A DNA stretch of 64,000 bases from an uncultured Clostridia bacterium. Lineage in GTDB: Bacteria; Bacillota; Clostridia; Christensenellales; UBA1242. The DNA lies in assembly GCA_934754445.1 (NCBI GenBank), contig CAKVHZ010000004.1:30-64029 (forward strand), written 5' to 3'. The position numbers and the translations under genes are program-made. Positions 21,771 to 28,813 of the stretch are shown here, in pieces. Each line of letters opens with the position of its first letter. The first letter of the stretch is position 1. The notes under the pieces are model-generated. The model did not search any database and was not told the origin of the DNA. It saw only the letters and a list, made by a program, of their open reading frames with translations.

Positions 21771-21806
21771 AGATTTTAGTTTACTACACTTTTTTACACC
21801 TAAATT
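21771..21806 (+). terminator. Rho-independent terminator just inside attL
   Basis: Stem gtgtagtaa / ttactacac followed by tttttt. Confidence 0.6.
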
Positions 21807-21892
21807 AACAATTTTAGTGAAATTAAGTGTTCTAAAACTATATAAAACTGCCTAAAACTTTTGTAGGCTTTACAAAAAATGTTTATATATTT

Positions 21893-21940
21893 GTTGACTT
21901 TCACAACAAAATGTGGCAAATTATTGTTGTGAAAGTCAAC
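21893..21940. repeat. Perfect 17-bp inverted repeat (operator or leader hairpin)
   Basis: gttgactttcacaacaa (21893-21909) and ttgttgtgaaagtcaac (21924-21940) with a 14-nt spacer, directly upstream of SD gaggtg and the ATG at 21951. Confidence 0.85.
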
Positions 21941-21950
21941 GAGGTGTGAA

Positions 21951-22191
21951 ATGAGAAACTATACCAAATTATTAGAACTTGCAAAACAAAATAATGGTAA
22001 AATGTCATGATATTCATAGAATAATTTGTGACTTGTTTAGCAATAAGTATGTTGGAGATAAATTTGTTCAAATAGAAGCTTTGAAAAATTATTTAAAACT
22101 ACCAAACAAAGATACTGTTAAACTAATGAAATATGCAAAGGTTCTTGGTGTTGACAAACAACTAAGAGAAAAGTTAGAGGTACTGATTTAA
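21951..22191 (+). pseudogene. Small islet gene, possibly split by a frameshift
   Basis: A well-placed SD and ATG at 21951 give only 19 aa (MRNYTKLLELAKQNNGKMS) before a stop. The 21979..22191 ORF continues in the +1 frame without its own SD. Confidence 0.35.
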
Positions 22192-22370
22192 TGAACACAT
22201 CAAACAATTGAAGGTTTTAATTAACAATAAGGTAAAACAGTATAATCTTAATCCACAAATTCTTTTACAATTAATATACAACAATATGTATAAGATAATA
22301 TACAAGATGTTTGACTTTTTATTTTTTATTGGTTATAATCTATTTGTACAAAAATAAGTGAGGTTTTTAA

Positions 22371-23360
22371 ATGGAAGATAGATATATTCCACCATACGAG
22401 ATAACTGATGAAATGTTGGAATTTGTTTCCGAAATAATGGAAAATTTAGGCAAACTTTCGGGTGTTAATGAATTGGAAAAATTACCAAGGCTTCGCAGAG
22501 TGAGCAGAATAAAGTCTATTCATTCTTCATTAGCAATTGAAAACAATACACTTTCTATTGAACAAGTAACAGATGTCATCAATGGGAAAAGGGTTCTTGC
22601 TCCACAAAAAGATATTGAAGAAGTCCACAATGCTTTTAATGCTTACGAAAAATTAAGTGAAATAAATCCATATAGCGTTGATGATTTATTGAAAATTCAC
22701 GGCATTATGATGAATGGTCTTGTAAAGGAAGCAGGAAGTCTTCGCTCAGGACAAGTTGGAGTTTATAATCAAGATGGCAAAGTTGTTCATCTTGCTCCAC
22801 CAGCAGATTTTGTTCCACAACAGTTAGGACAACTTTTTGATTGGGCGAAAAACAGCAATGCAAATATGTTAATTAAATCGAGTGTTTTTCATTATGAGTT
22901 TGAATTTATCCACCCATTTAATGATGGTAACGGAAGAACTGGAAGACTTTGGCAAACAGCATTGCTTGCTAGTTGGAAACCAATATTTGCTTGGATACCT
23001 ATTGAAAGCATTATTAAAGATAATCAAGAAGATTATTACAATGCAATCACTTTATCTACTAGTCAGGGCAAATCTAATATCTTCATTGAGTTTATGCTAG
23101 ATGTAATTAACAAAGCAATTAAAGACATAATAACCGACACTAGAAATCACTATAACCATATCAACAATCAAATTACAGAACTTATGAAAGTGGTTGAAAG
23201 TTATCCACAATCGTCAACGGAACTTATGGAAAAATTAAACCTAAAATCTCGTTTAGGATTTAGAAAGAACTATTTGCAACCCGCCCTAGATGCCGGACTA
23301 ATTGGAATGACCGAACCCGACAAACCAACAAGCAAAAATCAAAAGTATTTTAAGATATAG
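22371..23360 (+). CDS. Fic-family protein (AMPylase-type) with N-terminal inhibitory helix and C-terminal wHTH-like region
   Basis: Canonical Fic motif HPFNDGNGRTGR and inhibitory motif SLAIEN (S/TxxxEG/N) at aa ~52-58; 329 aa. Confidence 0.85.
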   Translation: MEDRYIPPYEITDEMLEFVSEIMENLGKLSGVNELEKLPRLRRVSRIKSIHSSLAIENNTLSIEQVTDVINGKRVLAPQKDIEEVHNAFNAYEKLSEINPYSVDDLLKIHGIMMNGLVKEAGSLRSGQVGVYNQDGKVVHLAPPADFVPQQLGQLFDWAKNSNANMLIKSSVFHYEFEFIHPFNDGNGRTGRLWQTALLASWKPIFAWIPIESIIKDNQEDYYNAITLSTSQGKSNIFIEFMLDVINKAIKDIITDTRNHYNHINNQITELMKVVESYPQSSTELMEKLNLKSRLGFRKNYLQPALDAGLIGMTEPDKPTSKNQKYFKI

Positions 23361-23371
23361 TAGGTGTAAAT

Positions 23372-24099
23372 ATGGGCGGATATGTAGAATTTGGAAAAAT
23401 AGAATATATAAATGAAGACAAAACTCCAATGAATGAAGAAAAAGAAAAGTTTTTGAAATATTTAAACTTGTATAGAAATGCCGGCAATTTTATTTCGATC
23501 GCCTTAAACACTATTGACCAACTTACCAGCAAGAAAACAAAACTGGCACAATTTGCTCCTGCATTTGTAAATTGTGTTCACTACTCTTTTTGGTCTACAA
23601 GTGTAATACTTTTAAATTGTTTTTATTCTCGTGGCGATGATTTGTCAATTTTTTCTTTTATGGAATACATGAGAAATAACTACAACAAAATTTTTACTGG
23701 TAAGTTTTATGATATTTATATTCATTCAGACAGAAAAGAAACAAAAAAAATAAAATTTGGCAAAAAAGAAATTTTTGAACGACTTAATCAATGTGAAAAC
23801 ATAATTAAAGAGAATAATGAATTATTGGAAAAACTTGATACATTTAGGAATGAAATGTTTGCACATTTCAGTGAAGACAAAAGAACAAATTAGAAAATCA
23901 ACACCTTAATATCAAAGAATTACAAGAACTTTTATCATTGACAGAAAAAATAATTAACAATTTAAAAATTCCTTATGATAGAACTTTTGAAAGCTTTGAA
24001 CCGGTAAACTCAAAAGATATATTAGGAATTGAACACATTTTAGAATTATACGAAGAAAATCGTGAATTGATAAAAAGCGAACACATAAAAAATATTTAA
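23372..24099 (+). pseudogene. HEPN (AbiU2/Abi-like) gene interrupted by a frameshift
   Basis: The first ORF (173 aa) ends 8 codons after an Rx4-6H-type motif (FRNEMFAH). A second frame is open from 23875 to 24099 (72 aa, NKLENQHLNIKELQELL...). The overlap contains an A4 run at 23879-23882. Confidence 0.55.
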
Positions 24100-24101
24100 A
24101 A

Positions 24102-24125
24102 AAGAAGACTGATTAAAGTCTTCTT
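24102..24125. terminator. Bidirectional terminator between convergent islet genes
   Basis: Stem aagaagact / agtcttctt, flanked by an A-run and T-rich sequence. Confidence 0.7.
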
Positions 24126-24130
24126 TATTG

Positions 24131-24580
24131 TTAGATGTAAATTATTGGTTTGTTTATCTTTTGAGCATATTTTACTGTGCGGTAGGCACCGCTTTTGTAG
24201 GTTTCTTCTATGTGGCAAACTAGAATATCGCTATTATCAACAATCCACTCGTTTCGTTTTGTGATTTTTTGTTTGTAATGCAATTCTTCTATCTCTGGAA
24301 ATATTGAACCATCATAGCAAGATGGCAAATCATACTTTTCTTTGTCGTGGTGGTAATATGTTAAAATTTTATAGATTTTTATTTGTGGATATTTTCGTTT
24401 AAGTTCAAACACGGCATTGGTACACTTTTTATCAAAAGCACCATAGTGTCCGTCATAAAAGATGGTGTAACCTTTATTGATTAAATCTTCTAGAACTTCT
24501 GGCAATTTGTTTTCTACGCCAATGCAATGCCACTCGTATCTATGACCAGCAAAAGCCACAACTTTTTCTTTATTTTCCAT
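24131..24580 (-). CDS. SLOG-superfamily protein (DUF1273 / YpsA-like)
   Basis: N-terminal VVAFAGHR motif and overall YpsA/DUF1273-like pattern. The start at 24580 has SD aaggaa. 149 aa. Confidence 0.6.
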   Translation of the reverse strand: MENKEKVVAFAGHRYEWHCIGVENKLPEVLEDLINKGYTIFYDGHYGAFDKKCTNAVFELKRKYPQIKIYKILTYYHHDKEKYDLPSCYDGSIFPEIEELHYKQKITKRNEWIVDNSDILVCHIEETYKSGAYRTVKYAQKINKPIIYI

Positions 24581-25051
24581 ATTGTTCCTTTTAAGAAAAC
24601 AAATAATAGATGGTAAAATCAATAAGTTTTTAATATCATAAATTCTTATGGTAGGTGTAAAAAAATAAATGGCTTTTAATTAGAAAAAGCCAATTAAAGT
24701 AAAGAAAATGAATAATATTTTAGTTAAAAATCAATCAAAATTGCATTTTTGCATATAAAAAAGACCAACTATCATAAGAATAGGTGGCTTTTAATTATGG
24801 TTATCAAAAATAATTTTAACAAATTTTCAAAATATAAATTTACTCCCTTAATTTGTGAGCTTACGATGTCCTTATAATAATGGGAGACAAGATGAAAGCG
24901 ACACCTTTAGGTGGCATTTTCATAGGGTCGACATTATTTCAATCAAGAAAATTTGCCTTGGCAAAAAATTGCACAGCAATTTCAATGCGATAGCAGTATT
25001 TTCTTCAATTATAAAGATAGAAGGGCAACCTTTACAAGTTAAAATAAATAA

Positions 25052-25059
25052 GGGGGGGG
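25052..25059 (+). repeat. G8 homopolymer directly upstream of the integrase start
   Basis: aaGGGGGGGGaaattttatATG. It stands out in this AT-rich sequence and doubles as the SD. Confidence 0.9.
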
Positions 25060-25068
25060 AAATTTTAT

Positions 25069-26004
25069 ATGAAACTTAAAGAATGGCTAAGTGTATGGCT
25101 AGAAAAATACACAAAACACACTGTGAAACTGCGAACCTATGACCGATACAAATACATCATAGAAAAGCACATCAATCCAAAACTTGGAGATTATGAATTA
25201 GATGACCTAAATGGTGAGATTTTTCAAGACTTTGTTTTGAGTGAACTTGAAAATGGCAATCTAAACACAAACGGAAAACTTGCTAACAACTCTGTTATTG
25301 GAATTGTGAATGTTTTGAAAGGTAGTATGGCACTTGCAAAGTCTTTGGATAAGGTGAAAAGAGATGAAATAAAGAAAATAAAGTTGCCAAGTCCAACCGA
25401 AAAACCGGTCACTGCTTTTGAAAAACATGAACAAGAAAAGATTGAAAAGTATTGCCTTGCTTCAAACAAAAGTAATTACATTGGAATTGTAATTTGTCTT
25501 TATACTGGAATTAGACTTGGAGAACTATTGGCACTCACTTGGGAAGATATAGATTTTCAAACTGGAATTATGAGCATTACAAAAACTAGTTATAGAATTA
25601 AAGAGAATGGCGTGCCTAGAATTGTGATAGATAATCCTAAAACCAAAAATTCAAGCAGAGTTATACCGCTTCCAAAAGCATTATTAGATATTTTGAAGAA
25701 AATTAAGAAAACATCTAATTCAAAATATGTTATATCAACCCGCAACGGTGGAATTGTTGGAATAAGAGCATATCAAAGAACTTATGAAAGAATTTTAAGT
25801 AAAATTGGAGTTGGTTATAAAAACTTCCACTCACTTCGTCATACTTTTGCAACTCGTGCATTAGAGTTGGGAATGGATGTCAAAACTCTATCAGAAATTC
25901 TTGGACACAAAAATCCAGTTGTAACTCTTACTAGATACACCCATTCAATGATGTCTTACAAAACAGATATGATGAACAAAATGGGTAAAATGCTTGCTGT
26001 CTAG
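25069..26004 (+). CDS. int: Tyrosine recombinase / phage-type integrase
   Basis: SAM-like core-binding N-domain. The catalytic region has GIRLGELLAL (Arg), HSLRHTFATRA (HxxR) and GHKNPVVTLTRYTH (His, Tyr). Confidence 0.9.
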   Translation: MKLKEWLSVWLEKYTKHTVKLRTYDRYKYIIEKHINPKLGDYELDDLNGEIFQDFVLSELENGNLNTNGKLANNSVIGIVNVLKGSMALAKSLDKVKRDEIKKIKLPSPTEKPVTAFEKHEQEKIEKYCLASNKSNYIGIVICLYTGIRLGELLALTWEDIDFQTGIMSITKTSYRIKENGVPRIVIDNPKTKNSSRVIPLPKALLDILKKIKKTSNSKYVISTRNGGIVGIRAYQRTYERILSKIGVGYKNFHSLRHTFATRALELGMDVKTLSEILGHKNPVVTLTRYTHSMMSYKTDMMNKMGKMLAV

Positions 26005-26164
26005 TTTTGTCGAATGTGATAAATTACTAAAATTCTATGTTAAAATGATAAAAAATGAAAATTTGTGAACCTGAAAAATTGCAAGAATGCAAACGCTTGA
26101 GAAAAGAAAAAGATTTTGAGATATGAATAAATGGCAGTGAATGTTGAATTTGACAAAAACCATA

Positions 26165-26173
26165 TGATATAAT
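26165..26173 (+). promoter_or_regulatory. Extended -10 promoter element (TGaTATAAT) for the four-gene block
   Basis: TG-n-TATAAT, followed about 7 nt later by a 14-bp stem hairpin (26180-26216), SD aaaggagg and the ATG at 26246. Confidence 0.5.
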
Positions 26174-26245
26174 ACAAGGAAAAGGTTGAAGAAACGCAAT
26201 TGTTCTTCAACCTTTTGCATTCTAAAAGGAGGTATGATATAATAA

Positions 26246-26575
26246 ATGGAGAAAGGTCCTAGTACTTATGCTGAATATTGGACAAGTGAATATGCTGAAG
26301 TAAATCATTTTTATTTTCATGCATATGATATGGGATATACATATATAACAGATTATTCACAAGCGGCTATAAATTTTGCGTTAAAAAAGGGAGATAGTAT
26401 AATATCTTTTACAGCAAATGAAAAAAAATTTCATTCAACTTACAAATATGATGTAGAAACGAATGAATTTATTATTATTTCTAGGGATGGTAAAATTGTT
26501 ACGTATTATTTACCTGAAGACGGAATTAATTATTTCTATAGTCAATTTGATAAATATGGAGATTATTGGAATTAA
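26246..26575 (+). CDS. Small hypothetical protein (109 aa, Tyr/aromatic-rich)
   Basis: Strong SD aaaggagg. No family recognised. First gene of a tightly spaced co-directional block. Confidence 0.65.
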   Translation: MEKGPSTYAEYWTSEYAEVNHFYFHAYDMGYTYITDYSQAAINFALKKGDSIISFTANEKKFHSTYKYDVETNEFIIISRDGKIVTYYLPEDGINYFYSQFDKYGDYWN

Positions 26576-26587
26576 AAGGAGAAAGTT

Positions 26588-26884
26588 ATGAAAGAAAAAA
26601 TTGAAGATAAAACAACCCACGCAAACAAATGCAAAATATGTGGAATGGGAAATATAAATTTCATTCACGAAATATGTATATATTGTGGTTGGGAAGATGA
26701 TGGTTTGCAAAACGAACAGCCAGATTATATGGGTGGTGCAAATCATATGAGTTTTAACCAATATAAGAAATTTTGGGAAGAAAATAAAAAAGAAATTTTG
26801 AATGCTGACAATACCTGCTTTAAAGCGATTGATTTGGCAAGAAAATATTATGAAAAAAATTATAAAAATCATAAGTTGAATTAA
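26588..26884 (+). CDS. Cysteine-rich CPCC-family protein
   Basis: CKICG...ICIYCGWEDDGLQNEQPDYMGGANHMSFNQY matches the CPCC-family pattern (CxxC, ICxxCxWEDD, GGAN). SD aaaggagaa. Confidence 0.7.
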   Translation: MKEKIEDKTTHANKCKICGMGNINFIHEICIYCGWEDDGLQNEQPDYMGGANHMSFNQYKKFWEENKKEILNADNTCFKAIDLARKYYEKNYKNHKLN

Positions 26885-26917
26885 GTTTAACCTATGATTT
26901 TTTTGTAAGGAGTTTTT

Positions 26918-27610
26918 ATGAAAGAAAGATATGAAGTTGATAACAATTTAACACAAGAAAAAACTGAATATGAAAAAGAAAAGCTAACGAAAAAACTTAA
27001 ACTAGTTAGAAATGAATTTAAAACAGTTGGAAAATACGGTATGCCACTAATAAAAAAACAAGAAATTGATTTAGATAAAATCGATTTATGGAATTACACA
27101 AAGACAAAATTAAACGATGTAGATAATAAAGATAAAACGATTCACTTTTTTACTTATGATTGGTTATTTGAAAATGTTTATGAAAAACCAGAACTAGCTA
27201 TGGAAAAATTGAAACAATATTATGCGGTGTTATCTCCAGAATTTAGTTTATACTGGGATATGCCAAAGGCACTCCAAATTTTTAGTACATTTAAAAATAG
27301 ATGGTGTGGTGCGTTTTTTCAAAAGCATGGAATGAAAGTGATACCGACAGTATGCTGTGCTGGCGATGATAGTTATGATTTTTGTTTTGATGGTATAGAA
27401 CAGGGCTCTGTAGTTGCAGTATCAACTTATTGTAGAGAAGAATATAAACATGAATTTATGAAAAGCTATAATAAAATGATGGAAGTAATTAAACCTACTG
27501 GAATTATTTGTTATGGAACACCATTTGATGAAATGACAGGAAAAATTAGGTCTATTAGTCCATTCGACCAAGAAGAATTAATAGCAAAATGGGCTTTGAA
27601 AACTATATGA
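26918..27610 (+). CDS. DUF4417-like protein
   Basis: Blocks HFFTYDWLFE, AVLSPEFSLYWDMP, FKNRWCGAFFQKHGMKVIPTV and GSVVAVSTY resemble the DUF4417 consensus as I recall it. Confidence 0.55.
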   Translation: MKERYEVDNNLTQEKTEYEKEKLTKKLKLVRNEFKTVGKYGMPLIKKQEIDLDKIDLWNYTKTKLNDVDNKDKTIHFFTYDWLFENVYEKPELAMEKLKQYYAVLSPEFSLYWDMPKALQIFSTFKNRWCGAFFQKHGMKVIPTVCCAGDDSYDFCFDGIEQGSVVAVSTYCREEYKHEFMKSYNKMMEVIKPTGIICYGTPFDEMTGKIRSISPFDQEELIAKWALKTI

Positions 27611-27655
27611 AAAAATATATGTCGGGCGAGTTATATCCAACAAGGTAGGTATGGT

Positions 27656-28423
27656 ATGAAAGATTTGAAATTAAACATTGAATTATTGCCTAAGGGTGCT
27701 TGGGGTAATGATTTTAGTAGAACATTGGCTAAAAAAGATTGGGATACATTAAGAAGGGTCTGCCATGATAAAGCAAATCATAAATGTACAATTTGTGGAT
27801 TTGAAACAGATGATTTAGATGCTCATGAAGTCTGGGATTTTGATATTGAAACAAAAACTCAAAAACTTAAAGACATAATTTCTATTTGTAGTAAATGTCA
27901 TGGGGTTAAACATATTAGAAATTCGCAAAGGCTGGGCTTTGGAGAAAATGCGAAAAGACATTTTATGGAAGTAAACAACTGTAATGAATTGGAATTTGCG
28001 AAGCATTTAGCCAAAGCTCAAATGGATTTTGAAGAAAGGAATAAAATTTATAGATGGAAGATTGTCGCAGATTTAGAAAAATTTGGTGGAAGAAATATTG
28101 AAATTAAAGAAATCTTTATTCCATTAATTAAATCAGAATATAAACAAGATGAATTAAACATACTTAAAAATGAATGTGGTTTTGAACCTAGGATTTTAGA
28201 GATCAATATTGATAATTACCAAGGGACTATATCTATAACCTGTGACAAAACTAATAAAATTGAATGGTTTGATGAAAATAATAATTTGTTAAATACAAAA
28301 TATAATTTTGGCGAAAAATTTAACACAAATTTTTCTGTTAAAGATTTAAGATGTTTATATTTAAAATTTAAGTTAACAGGAGAGTATGGCGAAAAGGTTT
28401 CTAAAAAATTTGATTTATTTTAA
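27656..28423 (+). CDS. Zn-ribbon / HNH-like protein with an unknown C-terminal domain
   Basis: CTICG...DAHEVWDF...CSKCHGVKHI is a CxxC..HE..CxxCH..H arrangement. 255 aa. Confidence 0.45.
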   Translation: MKDLKLNIELLPKGAWGNDFSRTLAKKDWDTLRRVCHDKANHKCTICGFETDDLDAHEVWDFDIETKTQKLKDIISICSKCHGVKHIRNSQRLGFGENAKRHFMEVNNCNELEFAKHLAKAQMDFEERNKIYRWKIVADLEKFGGRNIEIKEIFIPLIKSEYKQDELNILKNECGFEPRILEINIDNYQGTISITCDKTNKIEWFDENNNLLNTKYNFGEKFNTNFSVKDLRCLYLKFKLTGEYGEKVSKKFDLF

Positions 28424-28485
28424 TGTAAATAAATTGACAGCAAATGTTTTTTGCCTTAAAAATTTTGTTAAAAATATGAAAATAA

Positions 28486-28530
28486 AAAATCGCTAAAACC
28501 TTAGGAATATAAATGGTTTTAGCGATTTTT
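28486..28530. terminator. Bidirectional terminator downstream of tRNA-Thr
   Basis: 15-bp stem aaaatcgctaaaacc / ggttttagcgatttt. On the minus strand it is followed by a T-run. Confidence 0.75.
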
Positions 28531-28577
28531 AATGAGTGGAGCTAACGAGCAGACTCGAACTGCCGACCTTTCGCTTA
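28518..28577. repeat. attR: direct repeat overlapping the 3' part of the intact tRNA-Thr
   Basis: Identical to 21614-21673. It covers tRNA nt 36-76 plus 19 nt downstream. Confidence 0.9.
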
Positions 28578-28612
28578 CCAAGCGAATGCGCTACCTACTG
28601 CGCCACGTTAGC
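28537..28612 (-). tRNA. tRNA-Thr (anticodon GGU)
   Basis: The reverse complement folds as a 76-nt cloverleaf: acceptor GCTAACG/CGTTAGC, D arm GCGC-AGTAGGTA-GCGC, anticodon arm TTCGC-TTGGTAA-GCGAA, T arm GGCAG-TTCGAGT-CTGCT, with encoded CCA. Confidence 0.9.
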
Positions 28613-28620
28613 ACAAAAAT

Positions 28621-28649
28621 AATATAGCAAACTTATTTTGTTTTGTCAA
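28621..28649 (-). promoter_or_regulatory. Sigma-70-type promoter of tRNA-Thr
   Basis: On the minus strand: TTGACA, 17 nt spacer, TATATT, about 8 nt before the tRNA 5' end. Confidence 0.6.
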
Positions 28650-28813
28650 TAAATTTGCTATTATTATATTTTTTCTCATCTTTTATATTATTTTTAATTA
28701 CTATTTTTGCGTTTTTGTTTAGTAAAAGTAAATTTAGTAAGTAGTGGAGTTTTAAATAATTTTTTCTCTAACTATTTTTTGGGGTTAGGTTAGGTTGAAA
28801 TTATACTTTCAGT

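Larger units (their letters stand above)
21614..28577. mobile_element. tRNA-Thr-integrated genomic islet (~6.9 kb) with a tyrosine recombinase
   Basis: Perfect 60-bp direct repeats overlap the 3' part of the tRNA. There is an integrase inside, and the cargo is accessory/conflict-type genes. Confidence 0.8.

Noticed and set aside
24855-25079. 74-aa ORF upstream of the integrase, considered as an independent gene
   Set aside because: It has a GTG start without an SD, an implausible peptide composition, and it overlaps the int start. It is kept only as context for the G8-tract observation.
26510-26872. 120-aa minus-strand ORF overlapping the CPCC gene
   Set aside because: It is antisense to two SD-led plus-strand genes, one of which carries a recognisable family motif. 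The product is hydrophobic low-complexity sequence.
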